From: Candidatus Krumholzibacteriales bacterium
GTDB lineage: Bacteria; Krumholzibacteriota; Krumholzibacteriia; Krumholzibacteriales; WJIX01
DNA length: 30,086 bases
Reading direction: 5' to 3'
Assembly: GCA_046483305.1 (NCBI GenBank)
Contig: JAWODM010000044.1
Location: forward strand, 1 to 30,086
The stretch's first letter is position 1. Every line of letters starts with the position of its first letter. The position numbers were made by a program, and so were the translations under genes. A model generated the notes under the pieces. The model had not been told where the DNA came from and searched no databases. It worked only from the letters and a program-made list of their open reading frames with translations. Shown in pieces: positions 10,026 to 18,992 of the stretch.

Positions 10026-10053
10026 TTGTATTTGATTTGAACCCTGTTATAAT
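10026..10053 (+). promoter_or_regulatory. Putative sigma70 promoter for the flippase gene
   Basis: TTGTAT-N16-TATAAT with extended -10 (TGtTATAAT) in the AT-rich divergent intergenic region. Confidence 0.5.
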
Positions 10054-10246
10054 ATAGATTCTACCATGATAGAGAGGGGACAGGATGGAAATTTGGTTCA
10101 TCACCGGGAAGGGGTTAGTGACTGGGAACTTGATAAAGAATATTTACTCATATTCATACCTGTTTTCAAATCAATTCAGTATGACAAGGTTTTCAGTTCT
10201 CGGAGATTACTCTCGAAATGTGATCATATAGAAGGAAGAATAGCAG

Positions 10247-11791
10247 ATGATAAAATCCGATTCTCTTCAGAGGTCTCTGACTACTGTTGCCAGAGGAGCA
10301 ACCATAGTATTTGCCGGAATGGTTGCCGGGAAGGTGCTGGGCACCGTTAATCAGATACTTCTTGGGAGAATACTTGGACCTGAAGATTATGGAAGATTTA
10401 ATATTGCCCTGAGTGTTATATCCATAACTTTTTCGATAGCTACTTTTGGTTTGTTCGGAGCTCTGGCCAGGTTCATACCTTATAATCTGAAATTGAATAA
10501 ATTGGACAGGGTAAAGAGTGTTATCGATTTCAGCGCAATCTTTGTTCTGGCAACGTGCATTATTGCCGGGGCAATCATCTATATATTTTCAGAGAGCATT
10601 GCATCGGGATTTTTCCATGACCCTGGGCTGGCATCGATACTGAGGTTTTTCTCGATAGGTTTGCCAATTGTAGGATTGCATAGAGTATCTATGGGGATTA
10701 TCAGGGGATTCAAGGCAGTAAAATTTAATGCTCTTCTGTTCAATATTGGCGACAGAATTGTTAAGATCATTGTTTTCCTCATCTTCGTAGCCGTAGGGTA
10801 TCAGCTTTACGGAGCTGTGATCGCTTTTCTTGGAGGCGCCCTGTTAACTACCATCGCATCTGCCTGGCTGGTAAAATACAGGATATTCAGGGAGTACCGG
10901 AACTGTTCAAGGGTGCCCATAGCGGGGACAATTCTGAGATTTTCATGGCCACTTGCTCTTACCGGATTAACTTTTCTTCTGGTGTCCAAGACCGATATGA
11001 TGCTGCTGGGGTACTTCCTGGATTCAAAGAATGTGGGAATTTATACCCCTGCCATCATGATAGCGAAGCTTCTGATGTTTATTGGGATGTCTTTTAAGTT
11101 CATATTTCTTCCGGTGGTCTCGGAATTTTTTGCTCATGATAATATTGAAGGGTTGAGACATCTCTATAAGTCAACTTCCAAGTGGATTGTGCTGATAGTG
11201 TTCCCGGGTCTTCTGTTTTTTATTCTTTTCCCGCAGGAGATTCTAAGACTCATGTATGGCTCACAATACACAGCCGGTTATGTAGCTCTGATTATTCTCT
11301 CTCTGGGAATTTCAATGGATGTTTTTCAGGGAACCTCCGGCAACATACTTGTAGGGGGCGGGTACACTAAACTCAATCTTCTGGGAGAGGTTATTGCGGC
11401 GGTTTCAAACGTAGTACTTAATCTTATTCTGATTCCGGCCTATGGAATAACAGGGGCTGCAATTGCTACCAGTTTGTCATATCTTTTCAGAAATATTGCG
11501 TTCCTGACTATAGTCTATAAAAAATTAGGAATCCATCCATATAAAAGAAGCTATTTTTATGTATTTGTCTCATCACTTATAGTGTTTGTCCTGATATATA
11601 TCTTAAAAATCATTTCTCCCTTTGCCTGGTGGATTAATATGTTGGCTCTGGGAATAATCCTGATTGTAACTTACTCGGTAACGGTGCTGCTTGCCGGAAG
11701 TTTCGATGCAAACGATCTTGTAGTGCTTGAGGGCCTGGAAAGGAAAACCGGGCTTAAATTGGGCTTTATAAAAAAATATATCAGAAAGTAA
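10247..11791 (+). CDS. Wzx/RfbX-type oligosaccharide flippase (MOP superfamily)
   Basis: About 14 TM segments. Motifs GRILGPEDYG, FSWPL, KTDMMLLGYF...VGIY and LNLILIPAYGITGAAIAT. Confidence 0.92.
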   Translation: MIKSDSLQRSLTTVARGATIVFAGMVAGKVLGTVNQILLGRILGPEDYGRFNIALSVISITFSIATFGLFGALARFIPYNLKLNKLDRVKSVIDFSAIFVLATCIIAGAIIYIFSESIASGFFHDPGLASILRFFSIGLPIVGLHRVSMGIIRGFKAVKFNALLFNIGDRIVKIIVFLIFVAVGYQLYGAVIAFLGGALLTTIASAWLVKYRIFREYRNCSRVPIAGTILRFSWPLALTGLTFLLVSKTDMMLLGYFLDSKNVGIYTPAIMIAKLLMFIGMSFKFIFLPVVSEFFAHDNIEGLRHLYKSTSKWIVLIVFPGLLFFILFPQEILRLMYGSQYTAGYVALIILSLGISMDVFQGTSGNILVGGGYTKLNLLGEVIAAVSNVVLNLILIPAYGITGAAIATSLSYLFRNIAFLTIVYKKLGIHPYKRSYFYVFVSSLIVFVLIYILKIISPFAWWINMLALGIILIVTYSVTVLLAGSFDANDLVVLEGLERKTGLKLGFIKKYIRK

Positions 11792-11931
11792 TTTGCCGGT
11801 CTGTTTATAATATCTGTTAGCCTCCGGTATAGATGCTGGGATCCAGTGGTGATTGAATTATGTTGTAGTATTTGTAAGTTGACCATAAAATTAGAATAGT
11901 GGATAAAGGAGCTTATGATTGCAAGGGTTTC

Positions 11932-12648
11932 GTGGAACTCGCCGTAGCATACGATAACAGCCCGGCCGCTGACAGTTTCCTTTCCGGCTGGGGTTTTGCC
12001 TGTCTGGCTGACGGGAGGGTTCTTTTCGATACCGGTGAGGATTATCCCCCTCTCAGGAAGAACATCAGGCTCATGAATAGAGACCTCGCCAGCCTGGAAT
12101 CAATGGTTCTCTCTCACCGCCACTGGGATCACACCGGCGGCCTGGAGGGAGTTCTGCGGGAGATTGACAGTGAAATAAAAGTATACGGGTGCAGCGATAC
12201 GGACAGCTCCCTGAAGAGAATGATCGATAGATACGGGGGTCAGTTCATAGAGGCGGATGGTCTGCAGGAGGTCAGTGAGGGTATCTACTCTACCGGGCAG
12301 ATCGAAGGGGAGCATAAGAGAAGCCCCATAATGGAACAGTCCATGGCGGTAAGGGCCGGGGAGGGAATAGCTGTTGTTACAGGCTGCTCTCATCCGGGGA
12401 TAGTTAATATTATCAAGAGGGTTAAGGAATTATTTCCGGGCGAGCGGATTCTTCTGGCGCTGGGTGGATTCCATCTGGGGGGAGCCGGCAGGGAAGAGAT
12501 ATTTTCCATTGTCCGGCGGTTGAGTGAGCTGGGCGTGGAGAAAATCGCTCCGGCTCACTGCAGCGGCGAGGAAGCGAAAATGATTTTCAAAGAGGTTTAC
12601 GGCGGTGATTACCTTTCCGCCGGAGCGGGAAGGATATTGGAGGTATAG
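11932..12648 (+). CDS. MBL-fold metallo-hydrolase (COG1237 / MJ0301-like)
   Basis: LFDTG, HxHxDH motif LSHRHWDHTGG, TGCSHPG, GGFH and PAHCSG. Start moved to GTG 11932 because (M)ELAVAYDN matches the family N-terminus MKITxxYDN; ORF extends to 11899. Confidence 0.85.
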   Translation: MELAVAYDNSPAADSFLSGWGFACLADGRVLFDTGEDYPPLRKNIRLMNRDLASLESMVLSHRHWDHTGGLEGVLREIDSEIKVYGCSDTDSSLKRMIDRYGGQFIEADGLQEVSEGIYSTGQIEGEHKRSPIMEQSMAVRAGEGIAVVTGCSHPGIVNIIKRVKELFPGERILLALGGFHLGGAGREEIFSIVRRLSELGVEKIAPAHCSGEEAKMIFKEVYGGDYLSAGAGRILEV

Positions 12649-12651
12649 CCG

Positions 12652-13290
12652 ATGAATACCGGTGAAATAATCAGAGAGCTTAGAAAGCACATACCGTTTA
12701 CCGTGTTCGGGGCGGGAACCGGTATCCTTATAATGGCCTTCTCCAGGTGGATGTCGTCGGGTATAATGCTGGACATCTTCTATGTCCTGCACCCCATGCA
12801 TGTGGTGCTGAGCGCCCTGGTTACCGCTTCCATATACAAGTTTCATGAATGCGGCGATGCCGGGTCTGGTGTCATAAAGAAAAAATGCAATTTCTGGATT
12901 CTCCTGCTGATCGGTTACGTCGGATCGATAGGGATAGCCACCCTGAGCGACTCCGTGATCCCATTTCTGGCGGAGACGATCCTGGGGCTTCCCAACAGGG
13001 AGATACACCTGGGGTTCATAGAGAAATGGTGGCTGATAAATCCTCTGGCTGTAGCCGGTGTTATATTCGCCTATTTCAAACCCTACACGAAATTCCCCCA
13101 CGCGGGGCACGTTCTTCTCAGTACCTGGGCGTCCCTATTCCATATAATGATGGCTCTGGGCGGAGCCCTCAGCCCCGTTAGCTACCTCGGCATCTTTGTG
13201 TTTCTGTTCCTGGCTGTCTGGCTTCCCTGCTGCCTCAGCGATATCGTATTTCCGCTGCTGTTCACCGGAGAAGGCCACAGCGGGCATTGA
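12652..13290 (+). CDS. Hypothetical integral membrane protein, His/Cys-rich
   Basis: About 6 TM segments, RBS GGAGG, 3 bp after the MBL gene. Motifs HIPFT, HPMHV, PHAGHV and PCCLSD. Confidence 0.75.
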   Translation: MNTGEIIRELRKHIPFTVFGAGTGILIMAFSRWMSSGIMLDIFYVLHPMHVVLSALVTASIYKFHECGDAGSGVIKKKCNFWILLLIGYVGSIGIATLSDSVIPFLAETILGLPNREIHLGFIEKWWLINPLAVAGVIFAYFKPYTKFPHAGHVLLSTWASLFHIMMALGGALSPVSYLGIFVFLFLAVWLPCCLSDIVFPLLFTGEGHSGH

Positions 13291-13313
13291 TCCGGACCCG
13301 GCTTCTGAGCCGC

Positions 13314-15743
13314 TCACTCTTCCGCTTGCTCTATAACCGGGAGCAGTATATGCGACCTGTATTCTTCGCTGTGGTATACCCTCTGCGTGGCGGTTATGAA
13401 CTCGGTCTCCATCTCGTTGTGGCCGCCGGTGTTGAGGTTTCTGGAGAAGAAAGGGAACAGGGCCGACGATATCTCCACCCTGATTCTTTCGCCCTCTTTG
13501 AAAGTAAAACCGGTATGCCACATATCGATATGGTATTCATAGATCCTGCCCGGTTCCAGAAGCTCCGGTTCTGAGGTGGATTCCCTGAACCTGGCCCTGA
13601 TGACCCCCTTGCAGAGATTAAACAGCCTGCCCTCTTTATCCTGGCGCGAAAGAGTAACGAACCAGTCGGTATCCTTCGCGGAGGTGGATGCATAGATAAG
13701 GGCGGATACCGGCCCCGCTATCGAAACCGATGAATCTAGGGGCTCGCTCACAAAGACCAGTATGTCCTCTCTCTCTGAAGTTACCTTGTTGTGATACTCC
13801 TCCTTGGCCCTGCGCGCCTTTTCAAGATTTACCCCCTCTTTCTTTTCTCTCTCGGCCTCTTCTTCACTCTTATAGTAATAATTGGGGGCCGGAGTGGGAT
13901 CGCCGGGGTCGTACTCATATTCGTCAAAATCCTTTCCTCCCGCTTCCTCTGAGAGAGTCAGCTTCCCGTCGCCGTTGGATGTATTGGCTCCTTCATCGCT
14001 TTCCAGGTAGAACCTGGTGAATTCAGTCTGGGGCAGGGGGTATGTCTCTCCGGTTAGCCACCGGCTGGAGAAAAGGTCGTACAGCATCACCTTCGGTTCT
14101 TCCATTATATCGTTATCCATTCCCTTAAGCCAGTAATCGAACCATTTGTGGAAACGGATCTGAAGGTCCAGCCCCGCCTCGTCGCCAAGTTTCAAACTTC
14201 CCAGCCTGGTGGATGACTGATTGGTATGGCCCCATGGCCCCATTATCATCTTGAGGTTTTCATTTCCCGATTCCTTCATCGCCAGGTAGTTCAGCTTGGT
14301 TCCGATGGCGTCTCCGTCGAACCATCCCGACTGGAAGAAGGCCGGGATATCCAGGCTTTCCAGCTTGTCCATAAAGCTGCAACGCCGCCAGTATTCATTG
14401 TTCACGTTGTTCCTTATCCACTTGCGCCAGTAATCGTTTTCACCTCCCAGAACCTTCTTGTCCAGGTCTATCACCGGTAGAGTCTTGAGGATTTTCTCAT
14501 ATTTTCTCTCACCGATTTTACCCAGGGCCTTTCCCGTGATATCTCCGGTGGCCTCAGTCTCCAGCACCTCGGCCCACCAGAAAGAGCCCAGGATGAAGAA
14601 GACGCCGTACTCGTAAGGGATATTGAAGAACGGGTCCGGAGGGGCAACCTGGGGGATTATAGTGGTAAGGTGAGGAGGTTTCGCCGAGGCTGCCCAGAGC
14701 TGGACCCAACCCTCGTAGGAAGCTCCGATCATGCCCACTTTCCCGCTGGACCAGTCCCTTGAGGCCAGCCATTCCACCGTGTCGTATCCGTCGTCGGCCT
14801 CGTGAACGAACGGTTCCCATTCCCCTTCGGAGGAAAATCTTCCCCGGCAGTCCTGCACCGCCACAGCGTAGCCCCTTCTGGACCAGTACTCTCCCTCCAG
14901 CTGATTCCTCTCCTTCATGTAAGGGGTTCTCATCAGAATAACGGGAAACTTAAGAGTATCGGTTCTGGGGAAGTACATATCGGTGGCCAGCTTTACCCCG
15001 TCTCTCATCGGTATCATAACTTCAGTCTTCTCTATCTCATAGGCCGGCTGCGAGACAGCCTTATCCGTCTTCCTGGCCTGGAGAAGATTCTCGTACCCTT
15101 GCCTGACGTAAGCGGCGTACTGGACCGGAACGTCCATCATGTATATATTCTTTTCTTCGTCTGTCCATATGGTTATACCTATTCCGAGAAGATCTAACTG
15201 GAACAGCAGGAATTCCTTCTTCCCTCCCCCCGCCGCGGCTATCCTTTTCCCGGTATATTCCACGGTCACTTCGGTCATTTTCTGAGGGAACAGGAATCGG
15301 GAAAAGGTCTGAACTCCCCCCTCTTCCATGTCGTAGCGCCGGAGCATCAGGGTCTCGAAGGCCGGGCCGTAGCTGTCGTACAATGTCGAACCTGGCTGGA
15401 AAGAGACCCTATACTCCTTTCCCTGCGATTCGAATACAGCGGTGGTGTCGTCCCTGCTTACTCTCACGGTATCATTGGGATTGAAGAAAACGGCGCTCTG
15501 CCATTCTCCGCCGCTTCCGGGATTAATCTCCAGCTGGTAAACAGCTTCCTGTCCCATCATGGATAGTGTGAATTTCCGGGAGTAGTTTCCCTGCTGAGTA
15601 TATGAATATTCAATAGTTCCTATCTTTGTTTCATTCTTGTAGATGTAGAAAACGGCGTCCTCGCTGAACGGCTCAGCCGATGCGGCCGCGATTGCCGCGG
15701 TAAGCAGAAAAACGGTTAAGGATAAAACAAACTTTCTCTTCAC
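13314..15743 (-). CDS. Secreted CocE/NonD family (peptidase S15-like) serine hydrolase with extra N-terminal domain
   Basis: GTG start with AAAGGAGG RBS and signal peptide. Motifs IPMRDGVKLATD, RTPY, QDCRGRFSSEG, nucleophile GASYEG, GWFD, GPWGH, and C-terminal RIRVEISS..FP...RNLNTG. Confidence 0.92.
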   Translation of the reverse strand: MKRKFVLSLTVFLLTAAIAAASAEPFSEDAVFYIYKNETKIGTIEYSYTQQGNYSRKFTLSMMGQEAVYQLEINPGSGGEWQSAVFFNPNDTVRVSRDDTTAVFESQGKEYRVSFQPGSTLYDSYGPAFETLMLRRYDMEEGGVQTFSRFLFPQKMTEVTVEYTGKRIAAAGGGKKEFLLFQLDLLGIGITIWTDEEKNIYMMDVPVQYAAYVRQGYENLLQARKTDKAVSQPAYEIEKTEVMIPMRDGVKLATDMYFPRTDTLKFPVILMRTPYMKERNQLEGEYWSRRGYAVAVQDCRGRFSSEGEWEPFVHEADDGYDTVEWLASRDWSSGKVGMIGASYEGWVQLWAASAKPPHLTTIIPQVAPPDPFFNIPYEYGVFFILGSFWWAEVLETEATGDITGKALGKIGERKYEKILKTLPVIDLDKKVLGGENDYWRKWIRNNVNNEYWRRCSFMDKLESLDIPAFFQSGWFDGDAIGTKLNYLAMKESGNENLKMIMGPWGHTNQSSTRLGSLKLGDEAGLDLQIRFHKWFDYWLKGMDNDIMEEPKVMLYDLFSSRWLTGETYPLPQTEFTRFYLESDEGANTSNGDGKLTLSEEAGGKDFDEYEYDPGDPTPAPNYYYKSEEEAEREKKEGVNLEKARRAKEEYHNKVTSEREDILVFVSEPLDSSVSIAGPVSALIYASTSAKDTDWFVTLSRQDKEGRLFNLCKGVIRARFRESTSEPELLEPGRIYEYHIDMWHTGFTFKEGERIRVEISSALFPFFSRNLNTGGHNEMETEFITATQRVYHSEEYRSHILLPVIEQAEE

Positions 15744-15866
15744 TGTTCACCCTCCTTTGGGCGGGAGATAATAGTTTGAATCTGATTTCGTGAATTATAC
15801 AGTTATTTAGTATGGCAAGGTAAGAAGAAATTTGATAATTTAACTGGCCGGGCTGCCGATTGATTA

Positions 15867-15895
15867 TTGCCCGTTCTATTGGGGGATGTTATATT
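15867..15895 (+). promoter_or_regulatory. Putative sigma70 promoter for the dipeptidase gene
   Basis: TTGCCC-N17-TATATT with TG extension, about 60 bp upstream of the ATG. Confidence 0.4.
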
Positions 15896-15954
15896 GGTCA
15901 AAACAACTTCTGTAATTCTGCAGGAAATTCGAATTGTCAAAAGGAGAGGTTAGC

Positions 15955-17580
15955 ATGAAAAAGATAACTGCTGTTCTGGCGGTAATTTTTATTCTTCTGC
16001 CCGCCATCCGGGCGGGTGCCTGCACCAACTACCTGGTTACCCCGGGAGCGTCGAAGGACGGGTCGAGTATGATATCATATTCGGCAGATTCGCACGTTCT
16101 GTACGGGGCTCTTTATCACTTTCCCGCCCGCGACTGGCAGCCCGGTACCATGCTGAAGGTCTACGAGTGGGACACCGGGGATTACCTGGGAAAGATACCC
16201 CAGGTTGAACACACCTATAATGTGGTGGGCCTGATCAACGAGCACCAGCTGGCGATCGGTGAGACCACCTGGGGAGGCAGGCCGGAACTGAGAGACAGCA
16301 CCGCAATAATTGATTACGGATCGCTGATGTTCATTACCCTTCAGCGGGCTAGAACCGCCAGGGAGGCAATTCGCGTAATGGCTGACCTGGTAGATAAATA
16401 CGGTTACTACAGCTCCGGGGAATCGTTCTCCATAGCCGACCCCGAAGAGGTCTGGTTCATGGATATGATCGGAAAGGGCCCCGGCAACACCGGCGCGGTA
16501 TGGGTGGCTAGGAGGATCCCGGACGGATATATATCGGCGCACGCCAATCAGGCCAGGATCAGGAGATTCCCTCTTAAAGACAAGGATAACTGCCTGTATG
16601 CGCCCGATGTGATCGATTTCGCGAGGGAACAGGGTTACTTTGAAGGTAAAGACCGGGAATTCAGTTTCGCCGATGCCTATGCCCCCGCCGACTACGGAGC
16701 GCTTCGGTTCTGCGAGGCCAGGGTATACGCTTTCTTCAACCGCACCGCTCCTTCCCTGGAGATGAGCATGGATTACGTAAAGGGAGAGCCCGGGGCCGAG
16801 CCGATGCCTCTTTATATTAAGCCGGACAGAAAGCTTGGAGTCCATGACGTTATGGAATACATGAGGGACCACTTCGAGGGTACCGATTTCGACATGACCA
16901 AAGATGTTGGAGCCGGCCCCTACAGCTGCCCCTACCGGTGGCGTCCTCTGGTCTGGGAGGTGGACAGCGTCCAGTACTGCAATGAGCGGGCTACTTCCAC
17001 CCAGCAGACAGGATTCTCTTTCGTGACCCAGTCACGCTCCGAGCTTCCAGATCCGATCGGGGGTATAATCTGGTTCGGAGTGGATGACACCTACAGCACC
17101 GTATATAACCCGATGTACTGCGGAATTACCAGGGCCCCGGAACCGTTCGCGGAGGCGACCGCCGATTTTCATAACTTCTCCTGGGAGTCGGCCTTCTGGG
17201 CGTTCAACTGGGTGGCCAACTTCGCCTATTCCCGGTATTCGGAGATGATTGAGGACATAAGAGCAGTGCAGCGGGAGCTGGAGGGCGAATACCTGGCCTC
17301 CTCAAGGGAGATAGACCAGGCCGCCCTGGCCCTGTATAAGGAGAAATCGTCCAGGCACGCGGTTGAATACCTCACCGGCTATTCCTGCTCTGTGGCTGAT
17401 AAGACTCTGAAGAGATGGAGAAAACTTGGAGAGGATCTGCTGGTAAAGTATATGGACGGTAACCTGAAGGATGAGCACGGAAATGTGCATCACCCAGGCT
17501 ACCCTGAATCATGGTACCGCAGAATAGTGGACGAGACCGGCGATCACTTCAGGATGAGGGAGATGGAAAGCCAAGAGTAG
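15955..17580 (+). CDS. Secreted C69 family dipeptidase (Ntn hydrolase)
   Basis: RBS AAGGAGAGG before ATG 15955. Signal peptide ending AGA exposes N-terminal Cys (CTNYLVT). Motifs INEHQLAIGETT, LQRARTAREAI, GESFSIAD and HANQARI. Confidence 0.92.
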   Translation: MKKITAVLAVIFILLPAIRAGACTNYLVTPGASKDGSSMISYSADSHVLYGALYHFPARDWQPGTMLKVYEWDTGDYLGKIPQVEHTYNVVGLINEHQLAIGETTWGGRPELRDSTAIIDYGSLMFITLQRARTAREAIRVMADLVDKYGYYSSGESFSIADPEEVWFMDMIGKGPGNTGAVWVARRIPDGYISAHANQARIRRFPLKDKDNCLYAPDVIDFAREQGYFEGKDREFSFADAYAPADYGALRFCEARVYAFFNRTAPSLEMSMDYVKGEPGAEPMPLYIKPDRKLGVHDVMEYMRDHFEGTDFDMTKDVGAGPYSCPYRWRPLVWEVDSVQYCNERATSTQQTGFSFVTQSRSELPDPIGGIIWFGVDDTYSTVYNPMYCGITRAPEPFAEATADFHNFSWESAFWAFNWVANFAYSRYSEMIEDIRAVQRELEGEYLASSREIDQAALALYKEKSSRHAVEYLTGYSCSVADKTLKRWRKLGEDLLVKYMDGNLKDEHGNVHHPGYPESWYRRIVDETGDHFRMREMESQE

Positions 17581-17678
17581 CCCTGATTTTTAAATAATCT
17601 TTTACTGTCAGGCCTGGAGTGATAGAATAATACCGGCAAATGGAGTTGTTCCGATGGCTTCAGAATGGTACCGGTAAT

Positions 17679-18956
17679 ATGAATCGATGCTCCGGATATA
17701 AAAATCTGACCGGCCCCCTGGTGACTATCTTCATTCTGGGGGCTTTTCTTTTTCCCCCGGCCGCCTGTGGTTTCGATTCGGGGTACTCTGAAGAGCCGGA
17801 GAGGTTTGACAGCGAATACTACCTGGACATGCTCACCATGCGTGAGGACCGGGGCTGGAGAGCTCTCTCTGACAGCAGGGATAACATATTCACCCTTGAT
17901 TTCGGGTCTCTCAATGTCGAGCAGTGGGTACTGCTGGAGTCATTGAAGTTTTCAGCTCCCCTGAGCGGAAATCTTCGCTTCAGGTACTGGCTGGAAGAGA
18001 AGAGAACGCTGGGCCCGGAGGGGATCAGGAGAAACGAGCTGGAGATAGAGTGGAATTCGTGGGAAAACCTCTTTGTCTCCTTTTATCTGCAGCCCGCCTT
18101 CTGGAAGCGGGAAAATGATATCGGGGCGGGGATCCAGATAAGGGAAGCGGTCGACAGCTACTGGAAACTGATATTCCGGATTCGCGATTTCGCAAACAAC
18201 TTTGCCTACCGGCACGGAGACAACATAGAGGGCGAGGAAAATATATATACCAGTCAGCCGCTGGAGATTGAGCTGGAAGCGGTTGACCAGAGTGGCAGGC
18301 CTCTGCGTTATGGAATTTCTGCCATTTTTTCCACCCGCTGGGAAAAGGAGTTCAGGTTTACCGACAGCCCCGAGGATAATTATACCTCTGAAGGCTATAA
18401 GAGAGTGCTGAAGTCCTGGATAGAGGCGGACCTGTGGGGCCGGTATGTCTTCTTTCTGGATGCCGGTTATGCCGAATACTTCAGCAGGGTCGATAACCGG
18501 GAGCAGATGCATACCGTGGCGGAGCTGATGCCGGGCCTGTGGTGGTATCCGGGCGGAACTGGAAAGGGGAAAGAGGATCCCTGGAGACTGAGGGAGGGAT
18601 CAGCCGCTTTCTCGGCGGGAATTCAGCTCAGACGCGAAGAGTGGGAGAGCATGGGCGGGGAGGAAGGCAGATTCGACAAGGATGAATACCTGCCATTTGC
18701 CCTGGCCAGGTACAGCCCCTCGTCCTGGTATATGCTGGAGGCCGGATACCTGGCAGACAGGTTTGAATCTTCCAGGACCGGAATGGGAGCCGGGTCCGAT
18801 CTCAGGTGGGAGAACAGGTTGAAACTGATGTGGGAGATAAGGATAGGCGGGCGGGGATTTCTTCGAATAATAGAAACCATAGATCTGGACAGCGATGACT
18901 GGGGGCAGTTTTCTGTTCACGACCATTTCTTCCTGATGACCAGGATAACCTTCTGA
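17679..18956 (+). CDS. Hypothetical secreted protein, probable outer-membrane beta-barrel
   Basis: Signal-like N-terminus, aromatic-rich alternating beta-strand pattern throughout, C-terminal FFLMTRITF ending in Phe. Start uncertain (17640 or 17679). Confidence 0.65.
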   Translation: MNRCSGYKNLTGPLVTIFILGAFLFPPAACGFDSGYSEEPERFDSEYYLDMLTMREDRGWRALSDSRDNIFTLDFGSLNVEQWVLLESLKFSAPLSGNLRFRYWLEEKRTLGPEGIRRNELEIEWNSWENLFVSFYLQPAFWKRENDIGAGIQIREAVDSYWKLIFRIRDFANNFAYRHGDNIEGEENIYTSQPLEIELEAVDQSGRPLRYGISAIFSTRWEKEFRFTDSPEDNYTSEGYKRVLKSWIEADLWGRYVFFLDAGYAEYFSRVDNREQMHTVAELMPGLWWYPGGTGKGKEDPWRLREGSAAFSAGIQLRREEWESMGGEEGRFDKDEYLPFALARYSPSSWYMLEAGYLADRFESSRTGMGAGSDLRWENRLKLMWEIRIGGRGFLRIIETIDLDSDDWGQFSVHDHFFLMTRITF

Positions 18957-18992
18957 ATTGAACCTACCCCGCAATGCTGATAAGATTCCATT

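Noticed and set aside
10066..10350. 94-aa ORF upstream of and overlapping the flippase
   Set aside because: No RBS or recognisable motif, and it overlaps the flippase out of frame by about 100 bp; more likely 5' leader sequence.
11906..11947. AAGGAG followed by an out-of-frame ATG (10-codon uORF overlapping the MBL start)
   Set aside because: RBS-to-ATG spacing is only 3 nt, so efficient initiation is unlikely.
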